A stretch of 64,000 nucleotides of DNA from Octopus sinensis. Its lineage: Eukaryota. Location: NCBI RefSeq assembly GCF_006345805.1, contig NC_042997.1:212536001-212600000 (forward strand), read 5' to 3'. A program made the translations under genes and the position numbers. Shown here in pieces: positions 36,550-50,109 of the stretch. The notes beneath the pieces are model-generated. The model did no database searches. It was not told the origin of the DNA and saw nothing but the letters and a program-made list of their open reading frames with translations. Numbering within the stretch: position 1 is the stretch's first letter; every line of letters starts with the position of its first letter.

Positions 36550-37515
36550 ACTGGGTCATCCCATAAATAATGTGGTTTTTGCAACTGGGGTGGGGACAGA
36601 CTAAACCACCAGCATCAACTTGCTATAAAAGCAGATAGTAATTTTACCTTTTAATTATTCTTAGTGCAAGATTTGAAGAGTGCAGTTCGATTTTAACAGT
36701 TATTTTTTCAAAGCTACAATGGAAGTTACAAAGGATCATATTTGGCATATTTTGCTTAATGAGTTCAAGAAAGGAAGCAACGCAATGGAATGTGCGAGGA
36801 ATATTAATGCAGTCTATGGGGATCGGACAATAAGTGTAAACCAGTGTTAACGGTGGTTTCAGAAATTCTGAGCCTGGAACAACAGCCTATAAGATGAGCC
36901 TCTTCCTGGAAGATCTGTAGAGCTTGACAGGGACATCTTGCAAACCCTAGTGGAACAAAATCCCATTGTTATTACTCTTTTACTTGTTTCAGTCATTTGA
37001 CTGCGCCCATGCTGGAGCACTGCCTTTATTCAAGCAAATCGACCCCGGGACTTATTCTTTGTAAGCCCAGTACTTATTCTATCGGTCTCTTTTGCTGAAC
37101 CGCTAAGTGACGGGGACGTAAACACACCAGCATCGGTTGTCAAGCTAGGGGGACAAACACACACACATACATATATACATATATATACATATATACGACA
37201 GGCTTCTTTCAGTTTCCGTCTACCAAATCCACTCACAAGGCATTGGTCGGCCCGGGGCTATAGCAGAAGACACTTGCCCAAGATGCTACACAGTGGGATT
37301 GAACCCGGAACCATGTGGTTGGTTAGCAAGCTACTTACCACACAGCCATAGGAATCTGACAAAGAAGCTTGGATTTGGTCATTCAACCATTCATCAACAC
37401 CTGAGTGCAATGGAAAAAGTCAGCAAACTGAGTCAATGGGTTCTTCACAAACTTTCTGAGTCTAATTGTGCCAAGAAAGTGAATGTGTGTTCTTTACCGT
37501 CTCGTCTCATGAATG

Positions 37516-37518
<3 letters not shown>
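36550..37518 (+). mobile_element. mariner transposase 5' remnant, split by a SINE
   Basis: From ATG 36719: MEVTKDHIWHILLNEFKKGSNA..CARNINAVYG...RWFQKF...PGRS; later KLSQWVLHKLS (WVPHEL-like); in-frame stops. Confidence 0.85.
36973..37348 (-). mobile_element. SINE family A
   Basis: Consensus match. Confidence 0.88.
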
Positions 37519-37564
<46 letters not shown>

Positions 37565-37769
37565 TGTGTGTCTGTGTACAAGCATGTGTTTGTGTCAGTC
37601 ACCATGCAGGTCAGCAGCAGATGTTTGATTCAGTTAGGGGCTGGAAAGTGTGTGAGAGGGTGGGTACAGCTCTGCATGTGTGTGTATGTATGTATGCACA
37701 TGAGTATGTGTGTGTATATATATATATATGCATATGAGTGTGTGTGCATGAGAGGAAGAGGTGAAGTGG

Positions 37770-38215
37770 TGTGCATATTTACTTAAATGATAAACTTCTG
37801 GAAAGTTTTACAGATTATTATAGTTCCACTGATGTCTTGGATCTGTAGTCTTCAAATCAACTTTCTCCTTTTTGGTTTTGAGAAGCCTAATTTCTCAAGA
37901 TTGATATTTAGGCAGTGTGTTACATATCCCAGGGACCCAATAATTACAGGTATAAACCTGAACTTGTAATCTGGAAAGAGTAACTGCAAATTTCTCGATA
38001 GTTCAGCATAGGTGTTCTCTTTTTCACTGACCTTCAGCTTTATGTTAACATCCGCTGAGCAGCTAATTTCCACAACTGTGCAGTTTCTCTTCTCTATCCC
38101 AAATCATTATATCAAGTCTATTGTGCTTATATTTTATTGAGGTCTTCACTGGGACATTCCACCAGTATTCATTTTTATCAGGAGTGGCTATGGCCTCTAC
38201 CATACTTTAGGTTCG
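37770..38215 (-). mobile_element. Dong/R4 LINE endonuclease fragment
   Basis: EISCSADVNI..K..EKENTYAEL..NLQLLFPDYKFRFIPVIIGSLG. Confidence 0.85.
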
Positions 38216-39079
38216 TATGCTCTCTTTACTGCATTTAGCCATGATGCATTGAAGATAAGATTCCTCTTTTTCTTCCAGATTTTCAACGAGAATGATTTAA
38301 GATCTTCTTGGGAATGAGATTTCTAAATGGTAATATTTTCCCTCCTCATTTTTCTATGTAATGTTTGTGGGTTAGAAGCAAACCTGTGATTTATACAAAC
38401 TCATTCAAAAATTTGTTTGTGATCAAGATTTTCCTTCAGAGCCCCAAGTTCATGTCTTAGAGTGATTAAACTCCTTTCAAGAGCTTGTTGTGAAGAGTCA
38501 CCATACAGCTTACTTAATTTGTTTACAAGATGTAACTGATGAGGCGTAATCTCATTATTTCCTCTTATATTTTATGAGCATAGATTGAAGTTTTCTTCAA
38601 ATTTTCTTTTCCATCTAGGTTGATTCAGACCCCAGTTGAACCGTCCAACCCATGCTAGCATGGAAAGCGGACCTAGGTTGATTCAGATCCCAGTTGAACC
38701 GTCCAACCCATGCTAGCATGGAAAGCGGACGTTAAACGATGATGATGATGATGATGATGTTGCTTTGGTTTAGTACTTTCATTACCATTTTCTCCAAGGT
38801 CTTCTTCAAGAGTTATAGCAGCTGCATACATGTGGGGATTAATACTCCAGTAATCAACATCCCATGACACCGTGTGCTTTCCAGTGATATCATCGATAAC
38901 TTTCAACGTTAGGGCTGCTGTTGGACCCTCTTTTTTCTTAATCATGCAAAGAATGGTCAGTTACTTAACGATAGTTTTGAAAATGTAATACATTTGGAGA
39001 GATGTAAGAATTTAGTGATGCTGTCTGTTTGTTTATGTTATTTCTGATCTCTCTTCTGGTGGGTTTTGGCCAATTCTCA

Positions 39080-39670
39080 GTCTATGTATGCATGAATATC
39101 ATTATTCAGTTTACTTCAAGATTTCTTGCCAATTGAGAAAGAACAAGTTTCTAACCTAGATCCAACGTTCCTTCATTGGAATTTCAACACCAACAACAGG
39201 GTATTTTTGTATGTATGAATGAATGTATGTGCAGTTTTGTATGTATTGTGTATGTTTTCTCATGCATATAGTTACATATCTAGACATACTCATATATATT
39301 CAAAAGATAAACTTCTGGAAAGTTTTACAGATTTTTACAGTTCCAGTGATGGATTGGACCTGTGGTCTTCGAATTAGCTTTCTCCTTTCTGGTTTTGAAA
39401 AGCCTAATTTTTCAAGATAGGTATTTAGGTAGTGTTACAAATCCCAGTGCCCCCCAAATTACCGGTATAAACCTGAACTTGTCATCTGGACAGAGTAACG
39501 GCAGAATTCTCAATAGTTCAGCAGAGGTGTTCTCTTTTTCACTTATCTTCAGCTTTATGTTAACATCCACTTGGCAGCTGACTTCTACAACTGTTCACAG
39601 TTTCTCTTCTCTATCCCAAATCATTATATCAGGGCTGTTGTGTTTACATTTTATTGAGGTCTTCACTGGT
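39080..39670 (-). mobile_element. Dong/R4 LINE 3' end
   Basis: Collinear with 26140-26690. Confidence 0.85.
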
Positions 39671-41037
39671 CTAGGAAGTTGTGCATGTCTGTTAGTAAAT
39701 TGTTATTGAATTTTAAGCATTTAATTATTTTTTATGATGAACCAGAAATAATTTACTTTTATATTTGATAATTAATATTGCTAATTTTATTTTGAGTAGC
39801 CACTGCCTAACTTTATATGAGGCCATGTCCCAACCAGCAAATCATGATCAGTCAGTCAATTTATTCTTCACTCTTAACATAAATAGTGTGAAATATAAGG
39901 AGGTGAAATAACTCAAGAGTACATTTGATGTGTGAGATAAGTCTTTACTGGTTTCAAAATTTGAAATGTTTATTAAAATAAGATTGTCATTAACTTCAGC
40001 CATCAATAACTTTACATAAAGAAAGTTTTAACATCTTTACCATATCAGCTGTGATTATCAAACTAATAGCATTCATTTCTAAAGAAGACACAAGACATCG
40101 TAGTTGATTTAATAGACCCTAGTATTTTACTGCTACTTTATTTTATCCAGATCCCTAGAAGGATGATAGCTAAAACTGATTCTGGCAAAATTTGAAATCA
40201 GAACCAAAATATTCGTTGCTAAACGCCACTAGACCTTTCAGTTGGTTCTCTAATGGTGATTATATTGGTGATGCTGGTAATGCCAGTCCATCAATCACAT
40301 TCATAACACCTCACAACTAAAAGGAACAAAGGTTTCTAAAATTTCAAACACAATTTTGTTATTTGTAGCATTGTAAATTCTTACAGAACCTCACCACCAC
40401 CACCACCACCACCACCACCACCACAACAACAACAACAACATACTATCACATTATGTTTGAATGGCAAGATAAATAAACTACAATTATAAAAGAAACATCT
40501 CATTATTATTATTATTATTATTACATGTTTTTTGCTTTAAATTCAATGTGAAATATTTCCATCAAAATTATTTAATATTTCAGCAAACAAATACTAAAAA
40601 ATATTTATGGAGGCATGTGTTTTGTTCCTCATGTGATTTATGATATTAATCATGAGGCGTGCAGGGAAAAAAGCCATCAATAGTTTGGGAGATGATAAAC
40701 ATGGCAGGATATTTCAACATTTCTGCCCAAACCATCTGTTCCCACTTTTCAAATAAGAACACCTTTCAATGAATATTAATAGAAGAAAGAAAAAAAAGAA
40801 AATACATCAACAAATAAAGTCAATTATATCTTGATTTAGCTTTAATGAATATTCATATTGATTAGAACATTTCAAGTTGCCAGAGTAAATGCATTTCTAA
40901 TGAGATCAAACTGATTTCGTTTCAGTGACCTTGACTGTTCTGCCTTGACACATTTTATGGCCCAGCACCAGCCATCTCTTTCATAAGAAAAATAAGACTC
41001 AAATGTAACTTACACATTTTCTTTTGGTTATCATTAC

Positions 41038-41597
41038 TATTGAGTGAGAGAGAAGTGCATACCATCAAAATAACACTGGGGCACAGGTATTTGAAGCTTA
41101 ATATACCCATCATGACTATTTGTCTGATAAGGGTACACTAGGTACATGCATCACAACTATGTGTGTGTGACATGGTAATTTCATATCACAATGAACAGCA
41201 CATGACCCTTGCAGGTGGGACCCAGTTAGAGCTTTCTTCAGGATGAGTAGCCCCATCCTGCTCAAAAGTTCCCTGAATAAAGGTTAAGGGTGCTGAATGA
41301 AACACCAATGTTTCCAGAGGTGAATTATTCAAATGCCAAAGAATTCTTCTCAACACATAGCTATGATGCCCTGCCCTATTACGTCTGCTTATGATCAGAG
41401 ATGCACATATCATCAGCCACTAAGGGACATGCTCAACTGGTTAAGGTCAAACAACTGACAAGCAATCTGTGGTATTGAGCAGAATATTTGCTGTAGCCCA
41501 TCTTTTATACCAAGACAAAACAATGTACATGATAACACTTCCAATCAGTTAAGATCAGAAGCCATGAGAGCCACTGCCTGGTACTGCATCAGGGCAT
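41038..41597 (-). mobile_element. family E element flanked by (TTA)n; probable non-autonomous element or 5' part of a (TAA)n-targeting LINE
   Basis: Second copy at 11820-12252; microsatellite flanks; Dong-like 3' end adjacent at about 41700-41830. Strand inferred from G.U-rich stems. Confidence 0.55.
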
Positions 41598-42732
41598 TTA
41601 TTATTATTATTATTATTATTATTAAAGATGTCACACAATATCCAATATTGTGATGTTGGTTGAATATATTGTGTCTATTGGGTTTGTACTGTCTGACAAG
41701 TCATAACAAGGACCTCAGGCAGGCAGCACTTTACACAATATAGGTGCAGTTCCAAATAATGCCAACTTCCCAGATTGTAGGGTATTTCTAAAGTTTCCAG
41801 ATATTTTGCTCATTTTAATTTGAATACATTTTGGTAAATGTCTGTAGTCAGTGGCATACAAGAGAAAGCGTGAGTTAGAATGAAAAATAGTTCTGTTATG
41901 GATAATGAACCTATTTACAATGTAAGAAATAAGCAAAATGGAGATTGAAGAACGGGGTACCATTTGAAACATCTACACTAAATGGTGTACCAAACCTATT
42001 TGTACAGCATCTCATCTGCGAAAGATGAGTGACTGATGGCAATATGGATCAAAACAATTGAAGTGATTAATAAAGAATCACGTGAATTCCATTTTCTTTC
42101 TCTCACACAAACTTGCCCAGACTTTGTAGGTGCAATCCCACGGTCATTCATGACCAAAGAGAGTTTTTACTCTTTGTGTGTGTGTGTCTCCTAAAACACA
42201 GTCACCTGCCAGTCTTCATAATTTAATAATTGGAAAATATATAAAAGGAGTTGAAGATATTTAGATAAACTGCTTAAAAGTAGCCAATGAGGTTGCTGTG
42301 GTCACTCAATGAGCTAAGAATAGCATCCAAATCTTTCTCTCAAATCACATTCAACCATCTTATACAAGGGAACATCACATTTGATAATGTAGCCCTAGGT
42401 ACATGTAAACAAACAGGATTGTCATGGTTTGAACACCTTTAATCAGAGTTTTGCAGGTGCAAGGCTGACCTAGAATTAATACCACAGTGAGAGAATCTGG
42501 TGAGTGAATTCTGACATTTAACTTCAAAAGAGGCAGTTAGAATATTTCCTCTTTGAAACAAGGACCTGTCTGTGTAATCCCTTTAGACTTTTAGACTGGA
42601 CACACACTTGATAGGAATTATTTCCATTATTTTTGCATGTAGCAGAAGTAGTGGTTCTCTTGGGACAAACTTTAGTGCCACTAAAAGAAATTTCAGGTTT
42701 TATGCACGTGACAATATTTCCTGAGATTTGAT

Positions 42733-42940
42733 TCATCATCATCATCATCATCATCATTTAGCGTCCGCTTTCCATGCTGGCATGGGTTGGACGGTGCAAC
42801 TGGGGTCTGGGAAGCCAGAAGGCTGCACCAGGCCTAGTCTGATCTGGCAATGTTTCTATGCTGGATGCCCTTCCTAATGCCAACCACTCCATGAGTGTAG
42901 TGGGTGCTTTTTACGTGCCACCGGCACGGAGGCCAGGCGA
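42733..42940 (-). mobile_element. family D copy
   Basis: Consensus match. Confidence 0.8.
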
Positions 42941-44967
42941 GCTTCAAAAGTAATTCTGATTGAGAGAAGGCCAAAATGCAAAATCAATAACAGGAAACCT
43001 CTTAAAAATTATCCATTCTCATCAGATTCTCGTTGTCTTTCAAAGATTTTTCATCCTTTCACACAATGAAACAAATCTTCATTTTTATTAAATACCATTC
43101 AACAATTACAATTTAACATCGTTTATAAGAAGTAAATTAGATGTTTGACAAGTTACTGACCCAACCATTTCTTCATGTCTCTCGATTGTTCTGACTAATA
43201 AACTATTTTCCGATGCTATATTTTAGAGTTCAATATTTTTAGGTTAGTTTTTTTTTTTTATGGTTGGGGTGGGGTTTGGGGTCATAGAGGGAGCAGATGT
43301 GGAACAAACTGATGAAGCTAGTAAAAATGTTCATTATAATCTTAAAATTGCAAATTTAGATCTTTCTGACTTCACTTTTCCTTTTGGCCATTTTTTATTT
43401 TTAGAATTTACAGAGATTTTAAAACAAATTGAATAAAATTTTATTTGTGTTGAGTGAATGTTTTCCATATATTGGCCGTGGCAGTGGGGGGTGGAGGGTG
43501 GAGGTGCTTCTGGTGATCCCATTTTCTCCTTATTGGGAATGTTTATTTCTTTAACTCAGAGAATTATTCAAAAATAGATCAATTAAAGTGGAGACGTTCG
43601 CATATTCAATCCTAGTTTGATCCTCAAAACTTCTGTAACCATGACGAGTATGTTGATAAGATAGGAGGCTGAACTGCAAGTGCCAGGTGATGACATATTG
43701 ATGAAGATGATGATATATACATGCATGCATGCACACACACACCTATGCACGTGTTTGCAGTGAGTAGTGTAGGTATAGTGTGTGTGTGTGTGCGTGTATG
43801 TGAGTATGTGTACAACATTTGCACAACTTCAAAGTGAACCTGAAGAGATTTGATCAGCAATTATAATAGTCTTTATTTAGCAGTTTATGGCAGGATTTGA
43901 TCTCAGAACTGCAAATTAAAGGGGAAAAAAAACACATCAATAAACAAAACACTGAACCAAATACAAAGAATGAATTACATACATTCTGAAATATACACAC
44001 ATCAACATACAAAGTTACACACACACACACACACACGTACATTTCTCTCTCACATGTGCACCTAAATACACATACACACGCACACACAGAATTGTGTTAC
44101 AAAACTGCAAGTCTAAACATAAAGTGATTGAGCAGTGATTTTGTTCAATCATATTTCTTATTGATTTTGTTCCAATCAGATTAGATTGAACAAAAAGTAA
44201 GTTACCCCACAGAGGAAACGAAACCAAAAAAAAACTATTAACAAAAATCAGAGTGAGAGAGAGAGAGGTGTATCTACATTCATACATACAATTTATATAT
44301 ATATATATATATATATATCTTTGATAAAATTTCTCTTTTGGTTTGATGCATTTTTTATGAAGTCTCATAGAAGAACGATATATTCCTGCAAATGACATTT
44401 GGCACAATAAAAAAAGGTGCAGCTAAAATAGATCTGTTTAATGTACGTTGTGTTATTAATGAAACAATTTGAAAGCTGCAACTTAGGCATGAAGTAAAAT
44501 ATTAAATTATACGGAGAGTTGTACCAAAGAAACAGCTCCACTGTTTCCCCCAAGAGAAATCACCATGCCTACATTGTGTTTGCAAACGAATAAATATCTT
44601 TTTTTTTAAAAAAAAAAACTGGGAACTTTTACCAGGAATAAAATGATTGATTGTATTATTTCCCAGTGACTTTTCAGTTGTTATTAGAGTGGGAGTTTTG
44701 GTGAAAAGGGACACGTTTTAAATTTCATTAATGTACTTGTTAAAAACTTTAAAAAATAAAACTGGAATGTAATTATATACATGGCAAAGTGTCTGAGTGT
44801 TATTCGTTTTAAAATAAGTTGTTGCTGTTGTCGTTATTGCTGTTTAGTTCCGGGAATGTTCTGATCCAGTAGAGCTATAATCACACACAAGCCTTCCAAC
44901 TATGACCATCCAGTCTTTTTGTGAGTAAAGAACATCTACATTATCTAATGTGTTTCCTTATCTAAGA

Positions 44968-45430
44968 CATCATCATCATCATCATTGTTCGACCGTGGTC
45001 GAGACAATGGAGTTTACCATGCTACGCCAGACTTCACGGTCCATCATGGCATTACGGAGGTCCTGTTGCTGGATGCCTGTATCCCTGAAGATTACATCAG
45101 GGTAGGAGAGTGTGCGCCCTCTGGTATTGCGAGTAGATGGCTTCCAGAGGAGAAGTGTAGGAATTACCTCTTTTTCAGCTCTACAACAATGTCCAGCAAA
45201 CTGGACTCTCCTACCTTTCACAAGAGATGACACAGGTGGTAGTTTCCCATATATTTGCATTTTGGTTGGATGGCACTTCCATGAGAGATTTTGAGCTCTC
45301 ATAAGGAGGCGAGTGTAGGTTCCATCCAACCGCCTCTCAAGCTTCTTTGATAACGTCCAGGTTTCTGAGCCATATAGTAGAATTGGTTCGACTGTGGCTT
45401 TGAAGATTTCAAGTTTGAAGTCTCTACTTC
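44968..45430 (-). mobile_element. RTE/RTE-X-like LINE 3' fragment (family F)
   Basis: Highly similar to 27210-27668. Confidence 0.88.
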
Positions 45431-45924
45431 AAGACAACAAGGAGCTGATGAGCTTTAATTTTAAGCAAAATTAGACAAGCATGGTGATCTTGCTCACTGT
45501 GGGGTGGTTATCTCCCCTGTCAGTGCATAGACATGTGCTTCTTTGTGGCTAAGAGTCATCATCATCATCATCGTTCCTTCCTTGCTGGCATGGGTTGGAT
45601 GGTCTGGCAGAAGCCTGCACCAAACTTCTGTGTCTGGTTTGGCAGGATTTTTGTGGCTGGATGCTCTTCCTAACACCAACCACCCAGCAAAGTGAATTAA
45701 TGAGTGCTTTTTATGTGACACTAGCACAGGAAAAGTCAGTTTTGGCATGGTTTTTATAGCTGGATGTTTTTTAAGTGGCTCCAACTCCAGCAGGGTCACC
45801 AAGTAACTTTGCAAGGGGAAGGGGCATTGGAGGAGGTGATTTTGTGTCAGATGATGAAAGGTTAGAGTGTAACAGAGAGACAGAGACAGGTGTCTCGCTG
45901 TAGAGGAAGTAAATGGTTACCCAG

Positions 45925-46156
45925 GCAACAAGTTGGCAGAAACGTTAGCACCCCGGACGAAATGCTTAGCGGTATTTCGTCTGCCGTTACGTTGTGAGTT
46001 CAAATTCCGCCGAGGTCGACTTTACCTTTCATCCTTTCGGGGTCAATTAAATAAGTACCAGTTACGCACTGGGGTCGATATAATCGTCTTAATCCGTTTG
46101 TCTGCCCTTGTTTGTCCTCTCTGTGTTTAGCCCCTTGTGGGTGGTAAAGAAATAGG
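45925..46156 (+). mobile_element. SINE family B
   Basis: Consensus match; GGTTACCCAG repeated on both flanks. Confidence 0.85.
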
Positions 46157-47504
46157 TTACCCAGCCAGAAAGAGAGAGGGCGATGGAATGAAAGAAAGGG
46201 GGATGGAAAGAGAGAAAGGGGGAGGGAAAGAGAGAAAGGGGGAGGGAAAGAGAGAAAGAAGGGATGGAAAGAGAGAAAGGGGGAGGGAAAGAGAGAAAGG
46301 GGAGGGAAAGAGAGTTAACAAGAATGAGGGCAGAAACAGGTGTGCTGCCATAGAGGAGATACATGATCGACTAGGCTATATATGTGTTTGTGTGTGTGAG
46401 TGTATGTGTGTGTGTGTGTGTACACATATACATACATAATTGCTTAATGTCCACCTTCCATGCTGACATGGGTAATATATATATATATATACATACGCAC
46501 ACACACATGTGTGTGTGTGTGTGTATGAAGAAGCACTCAGACATCTTACAAATGTAAGCTTATATATATATACTTTTATAATTTTACAGTCATTGAAGTG
46601 TGATCAAGTTAGAACATAGCCTTTGAGTGTTTTAGATGGTTATGTTATCTATGGTGGAAGTCTGGAAGTTATCAACCTTGCCTCAGCTACCACCACCACC
46701 ACCACCACCACCATCACCACCACCGTTGCCGCTATCACAACTACAGCTCATACGATTACTATCACCCCACTATCCCCACATCCGTCAGTCTACTACCATC
46801 CTCACTGTCTCAGCGCAACATGAAGAATAGAAGTGTCACTGAATAGAGAGAAAGAGGGGTCAAAGTGTGACACACTGACACACAAATTTGTTTTGAAGGA
46901 ATACAGTGAAATGACACATGAGCATTGATTAGCAGTCGTGGTGTCAGCATTTTGATACCGGGCATGAATCATCATGATACAGGTAATTCTTTCCTAGTGT
47001 TCAGATGGCTTTTACTCTTCCATGTCAACTACCTATTTCTCAACTATCGGGCGGCTTTTAAGCTAGTTCCTGTGGAGAGCCTTCCTTGGGTCTAGGGCCT
47101 AACAATGACACTTCATGCATTGAGTACATATTAAATGTCATAAAACTTGACCAATATTTTTCAAGCCATGAACAATTTTCATCAAAACAATGATATAATT
47201 TGTTGACTTGGAACTTGTTGCAAAGTTGCATGACATACAGCATTTTTTGTTTCCCCATTCAGGGGTGAGTACAATATTTTTCTATCTAACCTCTTTCTTT
47301 CTTTCTCTCTCTCTCTCTTTTTCTGTTGATTGTTTTCAACCATCACCATCACCAGTACCACCACCAAACACACACCATTCAGACTTCTAATGCCACCACC
47401 ATCAATACCTTTGACTTCACCGCCTTCTCCTCCACCACTATCACCACTATCTTCCCCATCGCTTACTATCTCCATCATCCCTGACCACCTGGCTTCATTG
47501 GGCA

Positions 47505-47990
47505 ACATTGGGCTTCACAGAGGCAATGACAAATGACTGAGACCTTTGGAGATATACTCTGTTTGAGAAGACCTGGCAAGCCAAGTGAGACCATAACCTG
47601 TAGCTTATGCCAGTGCAGAATAATCGGCTCATCAAAGAGTACCCTTCAATCATTGGGCAATAAACTGTGCTGTCGAAGACCTATTGAGTCAAGTGAATTC
47701 ATTGTTGTGGCCAATGGTAGTACCACCTTTTTGGAACCTGTGCCAGTGGCACAAAAAGGGCACTATTTGAGCGTGGTTGATGCCAGTGCCACCTGACTGG
47801 TCCCATGCCAGTGGCATATAAAAAGCACCCACTACACTCTTGGAGTGGTTGGCGTTAGGAAGGGCATCCAGCTGTAGAAACACTGCCAAATCAGATTGGA
47901 GCCTGGTGTAGCCTTCTGGCTTGCCAGTCCTCAGTCAAACCATCCAACCCATGCCAGCATGGAAAGCGGACGTTAAACGATGATGATGAT
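47505..47990 (+). mobile_element. RTE 3' end plus family D tail
   Basis: GGGCTTCACAGAGGCAATGACA...GAGAAGACC, then the consensus tail. Confidence 0.8.
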
Positions 47991-49389
47991 AATATACAGA
48001 AACCTTCTATATGCAGACATGATCACACACAGTGTGAATACACACCCAGAGTATGGTTAATGACACAAATTCATTGGATTAACTCATTTACTTATGCATT
48101 GAATATAATTTAAAATTCATTATTTTTTACACTTTGCAAGGAAAGACTTGAGCAAGAAGATTCCAGTGGTCAGTATTCTTGGAAGTAAGATAATGGTTGG
48201 TGTGGGACTGGGGTTGGAAAACTGAACTTAAGGGTGAAAAAGTGGGGTGAGATAAGCTGCTCTGAGGTACTCAAAATGTGGAAGGGCAAAACCTGCCACC
48301 TCTGAGGAAAGGAGGTCGTTGTAATTGTGAGAGAAGAGATATGATCAAACTTTTCTATCAGCAGTGAAAGAAAATGATTTTTGATCAAAGAAAGAGTTTG
48401 AAAGAAAACTTCAACAGTCAACAGATCAAAAGGAATAGCTTCAAAGCCATATGAACTGAACGATACCAACTGTAAAAACTAAATGAATATATTTTACTTA
48501 GTTTGCATTGTGACAAGGAAAAAGAAATAGAGAAATATAGTTTAGCATGAAAATAAATTTACAGAAATGAAGAAGAATATTTGGAGTGGAAAAATCTGAG
48601 GAAACTTATTTTTAATCAAAACATTTTATTGTAAATATTCTTCGGTGAAATATAGAGCAAGCCATTCCCTTTTGGATTCTCATGAATCTGGAATGTTAAG
48701 TCAGTTTATAGATTAATTCTTGGCCAGTGCCAGCAATCAAGGATCAATTATTTTGAGAGATTTTAAAAACTTTTATGTGTTGTTCTCTTTGCTGAATGCG
48801 AAATTGATTTTCCTGAAACTGCAATTTTAGGAGGGATAAAACGAGGCCAATATATATATTGCAGACGTGACAGAAAGCAGTGTTCTAGCATTTAACATTA
48901 GATTAAATTATTGACTTTTGGCTATTTGATCTTGATATCTCATCCCAAGAGAAAATTGGTAAATAGACAATAAAATAATATTTTGCAAGAGAAGGTGTCA
49001 TCGCTAAGGAGATATAATGTAATCAATCATCTTAGATAAATATAGTCCTGTGAAACATTTAACAATCAGACCTAGTTATAGATTTAATATTGTCCTCCAG
49101 CGTGGCCATAGCCATCACAGCTAAAACGAAATAAAGAAGCTGATACAGTTCGGTTCCTATCTGTTTATGAATGTTTAATTGGTATTGATTAGCTGTGAAA
49201 ATTAATACAACTTAATATGGAAACCATTGAATGCATTCTTAAATGCTATTTTGTATTACAAAACATATATTGAGACACTTTGTATTACACGACATACACC
49301 TGTGATTTTGTCCCAAACTGTACGTAATGCCTGCTATGAACACTTTGTCTTTACATTTTTATGAACAGAAAAGACATTTATTTCTGTGC

Positions 49390-49619
49390 TAAACTCTTTC
49401 ATGACCAACCCGGCTGAAACCAGCTCTGGCTCTGTAGTACAAATGTCTTGTTTTCATAAGTTTTGAATTAAAATCTTCCATCAAACCTTAGTCACAATTT
49501 ATGTTCCTAACACCAGCTGAATGATAACGAAGTTATTTTACTAAATTCTTTGTTTATATTTAAAATAATTGAAAGAAACATAGAGCCTCGCAAAATAAAT
49601 ACAGTAACGAAAGGGTTAA
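49390..49619. mobile_element. piggyBac-like MITE
   Basis: Right end GTAACGAAAGGG|TTAA; degenerate left end TAAA|CTCTTTCATGAC; related piece at 30430-30560. Confidence 0.6.
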
Positions 49620-50109
49620 GCCTATCTATGCATACATTGTTGGCGAAAGTTTGTAGATATATTCAGTAATACTGTCTAGTGTCTATGCTATAATATTATG
49701 TATGTGTACACACATACACACACACACATACACACACACACACACACATGTATGTATGTCATTCAGTTTTATTTCAAGATTTCTTGCCAATAGAAAAAGA
49801 ATCAGTTTCTAATCTAGATCTAAAATTCCTTCATTGGAATTTCAGTATATTTTTGTTTGTATGTATGTATGTATATATGTATTCTCATGCCTATAATTAT
49901 GTATGTACGTATGTATGTATGAGGTCTGATCAATAAGTATCTGGACTGTTGCCATAGTAATGAAGTTAAAGTACACAGAGTGACCTTGAACTATGTTGTG
50001 CATTCTAGCTCATTTCTGCTGTTTACTGCAGCAATTGGAAGGAAGGTGTGTAGTGTGTGATCGTCACATTGACCATGACAGAGAAAGTTGTCATGGCAAT
50101 ACCTGCTCA

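Noticed and set aside
43560-43648. Possible small exon (TTTCTTTAACTCAG|...CGA|GTATGT)
   Set aside because: Weak donor and stops in all frames; indistinguishable from chance
45440-45480. CUGAUGA-GCUU...AAGC-AAAA motif
   Set aside because: GAAA, helix III and helix I are all missing
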